In this document: one piece after another, positions 31,470 through 39,848 of the stretch
Layout of the letters: the number at the start of each line of letters is the position of its first letter
Position numbering within the stretch: position 1 is the first letter of the stretch
Assembly: GCA_011364985.1 (NCBI GenBank)
Contig: RDOC01000004.1
Coordinates: forward strand, 96,001-160,000
From: Candidatus Thorarchaeota archaeon
Lineage (GTDB): Archaea; Asgardarchaeota; Thorarchaeia; Thorarchaeales; Thorarchaeaceae
Direction of reading: 5' to 3'
Length of the DNA stretch: 64,000 nucleotides
The notes under the pieces: generated by a model
Seen by the model: only the letters and a program-made list of their open reading frames with translations
Databases searched by the model: none
Told to the model about the DNA's origin: nothing
Made by a program: the position numbers and the translations under genes

Positions 31470-31481
31470 CTACCGAACCAC

Positions 31482-32360
31482 CTAGAGCGTTCGCGGAACA
31501 AGTCTCGTGTTTATTCTATCCCAATAGTTGTCGTACAGTCTGATGAATCTAGTGATACCCTTAGACTTACGAACCCATACCTTCTCTTCAGGTTCTATGT
31601 CCCAGCGAGTTTGTCCGTCAATAACGGCAAGGCCAGGAGCCTCTGGTTTGATTAGCTCAAGTTCTATCGTAATATCATCGGGAATGACCACAGACTTGAG
31701 TTCAAATCGGGGAGGACATACTGGAACAAATATGAACCCATGAACATTCGGAGAGAGAATGGACCCACCTGCTGCAAGAGCATAGGCAGAAGATCCTACC
31801 GGCGTCGCAACCATTGCTCCATCGGCACGACCATAATCAATTCGAACGCCATCAAGAAGTATCTGAAAAGTCAGCAATCGTCCGGGGATTCTTGAAACAA
31901 CATAGACCTCATTGAGCGCATCCTCAAATCGCCTATCACCGACGCCAGACGCAATATTGACATTCTTCTCGATTACACATTCGTTTTGAAGAATCTTCTC
32001 CAAGAAGCCAATAGCCGTGGTTGTGCTGCTTTCTGTCATAAATCCGACATTTCCGCGATTAACACAGAACAAAGGCGTTTCACGGTCCGCAAGCTTTGAT
32101 AGAGTATAGAGAATCGTTCCATCTCCCCCAATTGTAATGACAAAATCGACATCCATATCTTCAATCAGAGTGGGGGTGGTACGTGGATGAGCCGCGTGAC
32201 ACGAACCTTTGTCAACCAGAACTTCCATCTTATTAGCAACGAGGAACTCCGCAATTCGGTCTGCATTGCGTTCAATTTCTGGTCGGCCCGGTTTGCAAAC
32301 TAAGCCAACAGCTCTACGGTCTGATAGAATTTGCGGATTTGTTTCTATCAACGCTTGCAC
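31482..32360 (-). CDS. ppnK: NAD(+) kinase
   Basis: GGDGTIL, G.VGF, ALNE, ADG...ATPVGSSAYALAAGG, DGQ. Confidence 0.93.
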   Translation of the reverse strand: MQALIETNPQILSDRRAVGLVCKPGRPEIERNADRIAEFLVANKMEVLVDKGSCHAAHPRTTPTLIEDMDVDFVITIGGDGTILYTLSKLADRETPLFCVNRGNVGFMTESSTTTAIGFLEKILQNECVIEKNVNIASGVGDRRFEDALNEVYVVSRIPGRLLTFQILLDGVRIDYGRADGAMVATPVGSSAYALAAGGSILSPNVHGFIFVPVCPPRFELKSVVIPDDITIELELIKPEAPGLAVIDGQTRWDIEPEEKVWVRKSKGITRFIRLYDNYWDRINTRLVPRTL

Positions 32361-32485
32361 ATCCGCTCACGTTCTCGCCAAATCCCCCTTTTACTCTTGT
32401 CATTCTGAGAATAGGGACTTCCCGTAAAGTATTTAGATAGAACAGAAGGTAACGGTGGATTGGCCTTTAATACGTGGTGATAGTC

Positions 32486-32884
32486 GTGAGCATTCAAAGG
32501 AAAGTTGTAAAGACCCTGAAACCTGGTAGCTACTTCATGATTGACGAGGAACCATGCCGAATCGTTTCCATCGAGAAGTCAAAGCCAGGAAAACACGGCG
32601 CTGCTAAGGCCAACATTGTGGCAATTGGGCTTTTCGACGATAGAAAACGAAATGTGATCTACCCTGCTGACAGACAGGTTGATGTTCCAGTGATTGACAA
32701 AAGGAGTGCAACCGTAATAGCTGATATGGGTGAATCCCTTAGCATGATGGATATCGAGTCCTATGAAACCTACGAAATCCCGCGTCCTACTGATGAAGAG
32801 ATTGCCTCCAAGATTCAACTCAATGTGGAGGTTGAGATCTGGGAGGTTATGGGCATCAAGAAAATCATGCGTGTAAAATCCTAG
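32486..32884 (+). CDS. eif5a: translation initiation factor aIF-5A
   Basis: Hypusine motif SKPGKHGAAK. Confidence 0.96.
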   Translation: MSIQRKVVKTLKPGSYFMIDEEPCRIVSIEKSKPGKHGAAKANIVAIGLFDDRKRNVIYPADRQVDVPVIDKRSATVIADMGESLSMMDIESYETYEIPRPTDEEIASKIQLNVEVEIWEVMGIKKIMRVKS

Positions 32885-32973
32885 TGCTTCTGGCGCCTTT
32901 ATGGTATGCTGCAAACAGGTATACCATCTATTTATCAACGGGATAGAAGATAAGTCCTCATGAGGCTGGCTTA

Positions 32974-33414
32974 ATGGCTCCTTCAGAGAAGATTGACAAG
33001 TATGACCGCAAAATCATCGAGCTTCTGTCGGAGGATGCACGCAGTTCGCTTAGAGACATAGGCAAGAAAGTGAAGCTGAGTGCGAGCTCCGTACGGAATC
33101 GAATGGCGCGCTTGGTGGAGATAGGTGTAATAAAATCATATACGCTCGATGTGGATTGGAGAAAAGTGGGGTATGACATACAGGTCTTGCTCTTAATCTC
33201 ATCATGGAGTAGCTCGGTAAAGGAGATTTACAATACGCTTATAGAACAGGATGAAATTCTGCAGGTATTCTGGACCTCAGGTCCTGCTAACCTTGTTTGC
33301 CTGCTTCGAGTGCGAGACATGAATGAGCTCTCACAATTCATCACCGAAAAGCTCGATCGGATTAGAGGTATACAAAAAGTGGAAACGATGTTCTTAATGC
33401 CAAGTCCACACTAG
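32974..33414 (+). CDS. Lrp/AsnC family regulator
   Basis: D..DRKII..L..DAR.S...IG..V.LS...V..R...L...GVI. Confidence 0.9.
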   Translation: MAPSEKIDKYDRKIIELLSEDARSSLRDIGKKVKLSASSVRNRMARLVEIGVIKSYTLDVDWRKVGYDIQVLLLISSWSSSVKEIYNTLIEQDEILQVFWTSGPANLVCLLRVRDMNELSQFITEKLDRIRGIQKVETMFLMPSPH

Positions 33415-33469
33415 ATTGTCCTCTAATTCTTGCAAAACGACTGCGATGTGAACTTGTCAAACCACACAC

Positions 33470-34489
33470 TCAACTCGTTCTCTTTCCCGTGTCCCGAGAC
33501 CAAACCATAAGAACTAACATTGACAAAAAGCCTCCAATCAAAGAACCGAGCAAGGCGAATCCCATAGCATTTTGGAGAAAGGATGGAGGGGCAGTGTTGT
33601 TTGTTAATGTAGACCCGTTATGCGTGGTGGTTGTAGAAGTTGTCTGGGTTGTAGTGGTTGTCCATGTGGATGGTCCAGGAGGATGATACTCATTCAATAC
33701 AATGACACAAAGAAACCCAGCAGTTATTGGATCGCAATAGAAATTGCTTAGAAAAGCAGAAGAATAGGGGGGAGCAATGCTCCACGCCGTCAAATATCCA
33801 GTATCGTCTTCAGTGATATTTCGTCCCTCATCTGGACCAAACCATATGCAGTAATACTCGACATTTCTGGCCTTTGGGACTGAAATTCGACAGTCCAGTC
33901 TTGTAGAGGCATTGATAATATTGTGTCGATTAAAACCGAATCCAATCTGGAATTGATCAGGATAGTCACAGGTAACTCGTATGTTGTCAACGAAGAATAC
34001 GTCTACGGCTGTTTCTCCCGGAAGCGTTAGGTTGATCAAAGCGTTGTGGTAGTCGGTACGATTACTTTCATAGGATGGAAAATTTGGCGGGAGATGGATG
34101 GGCTCTGTCAGATTGGTGAGATCAATCTGTTCAAAATGGACCATTTCCCCAACAATTCTGGATGAAAAATTGGATATCAATGAAGGCCAAAGCACTGAAT
34201 ACCAGTTTGGTGTGTAGAGTAATAATACATTCTGGCTATCGCCATCCATATTGGTTAGCTTCAAGGCGCCTTCCACTTCTACTGTAAGCAGAACGTTTCC
34301 TATCGTTTCAATGGTCATATTGATTTCAACATCGGTCATCTTAGCTCCGGAATTTAATGTGATTATGCTTGGATAGCACGGTATAAAGCTAGGCGGAGCC
34401 ACAACTTCAACGACCGGAGTATTGGCAAATATGAGAAAGACCAACAGAAGAATTCCTATCATCTTTTGTATTCTCATGATACTTGCCAA
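33470..34489 (-). CDS. secreted/cell-surface protein with Thr-rich linker and C-terminal membrane anchor
   Basis: Signal-like N-terminus, many N-x-S/T sequons, poly-Thr tract, C-terminal TM plus basic tail. Confidence 0.7.
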   Translation of the reverse strand: MASIMRIQKMIGILLLVFLIFANTPVVEVVAPPSFIPCYPSIITLNSGAKMTDVEINMTIETIGNVLLTVEVEGALKLTNMDGDSQNVLLLYTPNWYSVLWPSLISNFSSRIVGEMVHFEQIDLTNLTEPIHLPPNFPSYESNRTDYHNALINLTLPGETAVDVFFVDNIRVTCDYPDQFQIGFGFNRHNIINASTRLDCRISVPKARNVEYYCIWFGPDEGRNITEDDTGYLTAWSIAPPYSSAFLSNFYCDPITAGFLCVIVLNEYHPPGPSTWTTTTTQTTSTTTTHNGSTLTNNTAPPSFLQNAMGFALLGSLIGGFLSMLVLMVWSRDTGKRTS

Positions 34490-34549
34490 GATACTCTATG
34501 CATCATTTTCGTAATATTCTAATTCTTGAACACAGGAAAAGTAGGGAAA

Positions 34550-34667
34550 TGGTGCGGAGGGCGAGATTTGAACTCGCGATTCGGACGCCGAGTGGCAATC
34601 GCTCAGCGAACTCCTACGAGATAGGGATCTGAACCCTACGCCTTTGACCAGGCTTGGCAACCTCCGC
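34550..34667 (-). tRNA. tRNA-Leu(CAG) with 30-nt non-canonical intron (about 34580-34609) and encoded CCA
   Basis: Acceptor GCGGAGG/CCTCCGC, anticodon arm TAGGG-TTCAGAT-CCCTA, variable arm CTC-GTAG-GAG, T arm GCGAG-TTCAAAT-CTCGC; 88 nt after removing 30 nt. Confidence 0.92.
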
Positions 34668-34739
34668 TTTGCTAGAGCCCAGTGAGTCACAGTTGTGATA
34701 TAATGCTTTTCCTGCCGCCGGTGTGACTAATGTTATTAC

Positions 34740-35513
34740 CTATGTTGGATACCCTATATTACGCACCCTGTTTCGCGATTCGATCATATCCTGCTTGAGG
34801 TGTTCCCAATTGCCAATCTGGTTCAAGACATCTTCTCTAGCGAGAGCTTCATTCACAGAGCCATCGTAAAGAACACTGCCGTTTCTAAGGACGAGCACCG
34901 AATCTGCCCAGTTCTCTAGAAAGAATCTGTTGTGGGTGGTATACAATACACTCATGTCTTCATTTCGGGGATCTTCGATAATCTTAACCAGGCGGCGAAC
35001 CATTGGAAAATCAATACCAGTAAAGGGCTCATCGAGGAATAGAATCCGTGGCCGCATAGCAACAACTCCGGCAAGAGCTACACGCTTAGCCTGACCGTGA
35101 CTCATCTGATTGACTGGCCGGTCTCTAAAATCAGACATCTGGACAATTCCCAACTCCGTTCTGATCCTTTCCTCGACCTCGTCTTCTGAGAGGCCTTGGT
35201 TCCGTGGTCCAAAAGCAACGTCTTCCCATACAGTTAGAGCAAAGAGCTGGTCATCTAGATTCTGAAACAGGAATCCTATTTCCTGTCGGACCTGCCATAG
35301 ATTTTTACGGGTACGAGCTCTATCAAATACATATATCTCACCTGCCTCAGGTTCAAGCAAACCAAGAATCAGTTTGAAGAGCGTTGTCTTTCCAGAGCCA
35401 TTCAACCCGACCAAGGCTTTCTACTCGCCTTGATGTAGCTGGAAACTCACGTCCTCGATAGAGAAGTCATCATAACTGAAGTACAGTCTGGTAATATCAA
35501 GTGCGCACGTCAA
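34740..35513 (-). pseudogene. cbiO: ECF/CbiO-type ATPase interrupted by in-frame TAG
   Basis: TTG at 35513 reads ..DVSFQLHQGE*KALVGLNGSGKTT (TAG 35421-35423); the rest has Q-loop, MSHGQAKRVALAG, FLDEP. Confidence 0.75.
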
Positions 35514-35950
35514 GCAAATAGCACCTCCAATGAAAATGGGATGAGCACGAAGATGACCCACAATAGGCCAAGAAGCAACAAGACAAGAAGCGTGTCAGCT
35601 CGTCTAAAGCCTGAGTCAGGCAACACCATTTGTCCATCAAAACCACGAATCTTCATTGACTCGTAGATAGCAATGCTCTAATCAAATGCACGATCTATAT
35701 TGGAGCCTATAAGAAACCCCAGCGATTTAATATGCTCCGTTCTGGTACCCCTCTCAAATCCACGGAGGCTTTGTGCATCTTGCATTCGCTGTCGTTCCTC
35801 AATGAACAAGGGAATGTATCTGAGCATGATTAAGAGCGAGCCCAAGATGGATCATGGAATTCGAAGGGTTCTCAATGCTCCCATGAACCCAGACAGAGTC
35901 ATATGAGATAGGACACTAATGAAGAGAAGCGGTGACGATGCAAGAGTATT
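35510..35950 (-). pseudogene. cbiQ: CbiQ/EcfT transmembrane component, 5'-truncated with two in-frame stops
   Basis: ALRTLRIP*SILGSLLIMLRYIPLF..E..RM..AQ.LRG...RAFD*S..IYESMKIRGFDG (TGA 35852-54, TAG 35678-80). Confidence 0.8.
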
Positions 35951-36002
35951 AATATGTGCCACTTCTTGCGAAATCGTGTTACTATAGGATGTGATTCGTG
36001 TC

Positions 36003-36431
36003 ATGGTTTTGAAGAGATTCGGTGTCTCAGTACCAGAAGATATATTGAAGCGCTTTGACGAGCTTGTTGCGAAGAAGGGGTACATGGGTAGGTCTGAGGC
36101 ACTTCGAGATGCCATGCGCCTATTCCTATCACAACATGAGCTTGAAGAAAGTGATGTGGGGAATGTCGCAAGTCTTAGCATTGTTTACAAACACAACCCG
36201 CGCATTATGGCGGGTCTCATCAAAATGCAACACGATTCTATTGCAGATGTCATTTCCACATTACACGTCCATCTAACACCGTCGTATTGTCTTGAAGTCA
36301 CAACGCTCAAAGGATCGCGCGAAAGCATTCAGAGAATGGCTGACCAGATTGAAGGGCTATCTGGTGTTGAATATACTCGCCTCTTCACCTTTCCCTTGCC
36401 TGACGAGTCTACCGATCCCCATGAACATTGA
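36003..36431 (+). CDS. nikR: nickel-responsive regulator NikR
   Basis: RFGVSVP..L..FD......GY..RSEALRDA, QH, TLHVHL....CLEV. Confidence 0.9.
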   Translation: MVLKRFGVSVPEDILKRFDELVAKKGYMGRSEALRDAMRLFLSQHELEESDVGNVASLSIVYKHNPRIMAGLIKMQHDSIADVISTLHVHLTPSYCLEVTTLKGSRESIQRMADQIEGLSGVEYTRLFTFPLPDESTDPHEH

Positions 36432-36510
36432 TAAACAGCGGACTTCAAAAGGGTCTTGCGCTGAAAGTCCCGTTCTTATTGCTTCGGTGGGCTTCATGAA
36501 TTGAATTGCT

Positions 36511-36756
36511 ATGTCCATTGATGATGAAGGCATCGGTCCTCCAAGTCTCTATACAAAACGGACCATTCTTTGGATGCTGATGACCTTTGTCCTTACTCCT
36601 TTCACTGCAGGACTGCTTGCCCAAATGGAATATATTCCCTTCACAGTCGAGATGGCGATGCTGAATGGCCTTATTGTTGCCTTTGTCTACGTCGGATTCA
36701 GAGTATGGAAAGTTAAATCTGCTACTAATCAAATCAGAACAGCAACAAGTGTTTGA
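36511..36756 (+). CDS. small 2-TM membrane protein
   Basis: Two hydrophobic helices. Confidence 0.5.
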   Translation: MSIDDEGIGPPSLYTKRTILWMLMTFVLTPFTAGLLAQMEYIPFTVEMAMLNGLIVAFVYVGFRVWKVKSATNQIRTATSV

Positions 36757-36854
36757 ACACTTCACAGGAAAGGGGATTCTGGATGATGGAACAGAACTGG
36801 CTGTAAATCGGTTTCTTGGCTCTGCAGAGGATGTTTACAATAGGTGGTGAGAAA

Positions 36855-36876
36855 TGGGGCCCGAAGGGGGAATCGA
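36855..36876 (-). pseudogene. 3' fragment of the disrupted tRNA-His (T-loop to CCA)
   Basis: TCGATTCCCCCTTCGGGCCCCA; 19/22 identical to the 3' end of the intact tRNA-His; TTCGGGC pairs with GCCCGAG of the 5' fragment. Confidence 0.8.
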
Positions 36877-36963
36877 GAATCAGACTCCCATTAGCTTGAG
36901 TTAGATTCTCCTTGTAAACAAACTTATCATCATATTTACATGTACTAAAATGATGATAAGAAA

Positions 36964-37194
36964 ATGGAGGCGGAATTGAAGGACATCTTGGAAAACGGAA
37001 AGGATTGGGAAAAAGCAAAAACGACTACCCCAGGACTATGGATTTGCAAAATGCCCGGAAAAGGCGACAACCCTCCGAGCCTTGTCATCATCATTAATCC
37101 AATTGAGAATATTAACCCGCCTACATCAAAGAAATTAGATAGAAGTAGATTCTTTGAAGTAACAATGTCAGTATATCGTTTCAACGATTCTTAA
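36964..37194 (+). CDS. small hypothetical protein, probably truncated
   Basis: Protein-like N-terminal 57 aa (LENGKDWEK..T.PG..I.KMP); C-terminus looks degenerate. Confidence 0.4.
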   Translation: MEAELKDILENGKDWEKAKTTTPGLWICKMPGKGDNPPSLVIIINPIENINPPTSKKLDRSRFFEVTMSVYRFNDS

Positions 37195-37251
37195 TGAGTA
37201 GTTTCGGCAATTTCGATACCACAGAGAAAAGAACTGACAGGTGGATAAGAT

Positions 37252-37266
37252 GGATAAGCTAATAAG
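37252..37266 (+). promoter_or_regulatory. putative promoter box of the intact tRNA-His
   Basis: GGATAAGCTAATAAG, 14/15 identical to GGATAACCTAATAAG (45598-45584, minus strand) upstream of the disrupted copy. Confidence 0.5.
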
Positions 37267-37304
37267 CCGCTGGCGAAAATCAGCTTCTTCGTTTGAGAAG
37301 CAAT

Positions 37305-37379
37305 GGCCCGAGTGGTGTACTGGCAGCATAAGAGATTGTGGCTCTCTTGAAACGGGTTCGATTCCCGTCTCGGGCCCCA
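37305..37379 (+). tRNA. tRNA-His(GTG), intact, with encoded G-1 and CCA
   Basis: G-GCCCGAG/CTCGGGC-C-CCA, anticodon arm AGAGA-TTGTGGC-TCTCT, T arm ACGGG-TTCGATT-CCCGT. Confidence 0.95.
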
Positions 37380-37454
37380 TATTCCATCTCATCACGAGGC
37401 GTAGCAGTTTTTTGAGATAATGTCTTTTGTTATCCAGATGACATTAATAATCCA

Positions 37455-37540
37455 ACGATAGCAAAGGAGCCACAGCCGTTCATTTTCAATTGGACCTGAT
37501 TTTGCATCAGGCTGTCCCTCCAGGAACGGCACTGGATACT
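37455..37540 (-). ncRNA. 3' part of a putative TnpB omegaRNA (pseudoknot scaffold plus guide matching tRNA-His)
   Basis: Hairpin TCCAG-TGCCGTTC-CTGGA whose loop pairs with GAACGGC (37481-37475); hairpin CCTGAT-GCAAA-ATCAGG; then TGTGGCTCCTTTG. 5' extent unknown. Confidence 0.6.
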
Positions 37541-39672
37541 CTGTCTTGAACATGAATGATGTTTCGGGCTGCATTCACATCAGCATGGAAATGTTCGTCA
37601 CACAATGAACAATAGAAGTATTCTCCACCCCTTCTCTCGACGGTGGACTGCTCATCTGCAACACGAACACCACGCTCACCACATACATGGCAGGTCTGAG
37701 AAGTGAACCTTGGGTTCACTGTCCACACACTGTATGGTGAGTGTCCAAGTGACACTCGCATATATCTCACTGTGTCTATAATCTTCCCCCATAGATTCGA
37801 ACTTAGGTTGTACGACAGGTCCTTTGACCCACCATGAGCCTGAAAGCTCCTGAGATCCTCGAAGAAAATCTTCTTGACTCGATGCTCCTCACAGAACCAG
37901 ACGGTCTTTGATGCAATGATTCGGGCGATCTCACGGTCAAGACGACGGATCTTTCTCCATAGGGCTTTGATATGCCTGTCCTTCTTGAGGATGTGTTTTG
38001 GATATGACAGTCCTGATCGTTTGCGTCCCCAATTGTTCCTCTTCCTGTCTGTAACTGATTGCAGATCATAGGCCTGCTTTCTCAAGAACTCTCTCTTCTT
38101 CACAAGCTGGTCCACTCTCAACAGGAGTTCCCTGTATTCCTTCCCCTTCATCACCGAGAGCACCACGGGAACTCTAATTCCTCTGTCAACACCAGCCCTT
38201 GCTTCATACTCTCTTTCTCCAAGAACCTGCTGTATCAAGAAATCATCAGGAGCCAAGAAAGGAATCTGCAATGAAATTCTATTCCCCCTCAGAAGAAGTC
38301 GGGGAGGAGCGCTCCTCCTTGAACTCCTGAGTTCTGTGATCTTACTCTGAAGTTTGGTAGTTTCTTCTCCATCCTTACCCTTCTTCTGTTTCACTTTGTA
38401 GAGTCTGTGTGTCAGATGCTGTATCTCAATGGTGTTCATGAGCTGTTGATGCATATCTTCGAACATCGCCGCTCGAAACCTCAACCGCTGGGCACGATGA
38501 CAATCTCCATTGTCCTCTGCGTTCTGAGCCTTGGCTCCGTCTTTGATCGTGGCACTGGACATCCAATCCAGAAATCGAAAAGCCAAGGTCTTTCCCTTGT
38601 ACGGAGAACTCTCATGATGAGTGCCATTAATTCCTGGAGGGAGCTTGATGTGAAAGAGAATCTCATTCTTTCTCTCTGGGTCGACACTAAACCAGTACCC
38701 CTGTCCAGGCGAGTTCTCTGTACTTGCACTGAAATCCAGACTATGACTCCGAAGGCATGGAACAGAGAATAGGTATCCATTCTCTTTCCAAACCTCAAGT
38801 TTCCTTGCAGTAAGAAAGAGGATGCGTTCTTTCTCAGAAACAGAATCCTGAAGCAAGGATGCTACATACTTGCGTTGTCTTCCCCTCCATTGTATCTTGA
38901 CTCCTTGTTCCTCAAGAATGTGGTCATCCAGAGCTAGCCTGAGCTGTCTTAGGACTCCAAGGGAGTGATGAAAACCAGCCCCATCGTTCTTTGCTGAATC
39001 GCATGCATCTCTCACTCTGCGGATAAGATTGGAGGGAATATGCTTTCTTCTCAGAAGTTGAAGTGCATCAGCAGCAGACTCGCTTAGCACCTTGATCGCT
39101 GCATTGAAGAGCTGCCTTCGTGTCCAGTCTGCCAGAAGTGTACGTCCAGCGTGCTCAAGGGCATTGCGATAGAGTCGCTCAAAGCATAATGCCTGAATTT
39201 CCTCGTTCTGCTGGTAATTCAAATCCCTCATCTTCCTGAGAAGGGTATAAGCTCGCCCCCTGTATTCGGATAGTTGCTGACCAAGTGACTGCACACGGTC
39301 ATTATCCTTGTATATTCTTGCAAGCATGAGATTCACTACTTGGACATAGTTGTCAAAGAGAGAACCAAGAAGCTGCAAGTCAACCTCGTCCGCTTTCTTC
39401 CCAGAGCGCTTGGGTATCAGCGTAAATATCTCTTGATTTGGTTTTCTTGATGAAGAAAAGAAGGGGTCAGGTCTTCGATTTCTCCTCCTCTTTGCAATAA
39501 CTCTGTCAACAGAGTTCAGAACAAACGACTCGACAAGATAGGATTTCGATGGGGGTATTATAAAGTTGCCATCAATTTTCTCTTGCTTCTTCTGAGTTTG
39601 AGTGACAGAACCAGATTTCTGCTTCCAGTGATGGCGCTGGATTTCTTGCTTCATCATATGTTCCTGAGTCAT
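37507..39672 (-). CDS. tnpB: large TnpB/Cas12-like RNA-guided RuvC nuclease (721 aa)
   Basis: RuvC-I GVDRG, RuvC-II FFEDL, VNPRFTSQTCHVCG...CSLC Zn finger, RuvC-III HADVNAARNI; D-E-D triad intact. Confidence 0.9.
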   Translation of the reverse strand: MTQEHMMKQEIQRHHWKQKSGSVTQTQKKQEKIDGNFIIPPSKSYLVESFVLNSVDRVIAKRRRNRRPDPFFSSSRKPNQEIFTLIPKRSGKKADEVDLQLLGSLFDNYVQVVNLMLARIYKDNDRVQSLGQQLSEYRGRAYTLLRKMRDLNYQQNEEIQALCFERLYRNALEHAGRTLLADWTRRQLFNAAIKVLSESAADALQLLRRKHIPSNLIRRVRDACDSAKNDGAGFHHSLGVLRQLRLALDDHILEEQGVKIQWRGRQRKYVASLLQDSVSEKERILFLTARKLEVWKENGYLFSVPCLRSHSLDFSASTENSPGQGYWFSVDPERKNEILFHIKLPPGINGTHHESSPYKGKTLAFRFLDWMSSATIKDGAKAQNAEDNGDCHRAQRLRFRAAMFEDMHQQLMNTIEIQHLTHRLYKVKQKKGKDGEETTKLQSKITELRSSRRSAPPRLLLRGNRISLQIPFLAPDDFLIQQVLGEREYEARAGVDRGIRVPVVLSVMKGKEYRELLLRVDQLVKKREFLRKQAYDLQSVTDRKRNNWGRKRSGLSYPKHILKKDRHIKALWRKIRRLDREIARIIASKTVWFCEEHRVKKIFFEDLRSFQAHGGSKDLSYNLSSNLWGKIIDTVRYMRVSLGHSPYSVWTVNPRFTSQTCHVCGERGVRVADEQSTVERRGGEYFYCSLCDEHFHADVNAARNIIHVQDRVSSAVPGGTA

Positions 39673-39848
39673 TGTTCTTCATCAGCAATATTAACTCAGA
39701 GTATTATAAAGTTATCAAGATTACTAATTTATTGTCTCTTATTTTTTCTAAAAAAGGGATATAAAGGCTTATAATTGAATTATATGTTATTTTGTTTACT
39801 AACGAAATTTAATTACATGTATGTCGTAGTGTTTTCTAAGGTATCCCC
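39673..39848. promoter_or_regulatory. AT-rich divergent promoter region for tnpB and the 1774-aa gene
   Basis: Markedly AT-rich spacer with TTATAA/TTTATAA-like boxes between divergent ORFs. Confidence 0.5.

Noticed and set aside
35421-35854. Pyrrolysine/selenocysteine recoding of the in-frame TAG/TGA codons in cbiO/cbiQ
   Set aside because: Mixed stop types, 5' truncation of cbiQ, non-catalytic positions and no pyl/sel genes or evident SECIS in the window; pseudogenisation is simpler.
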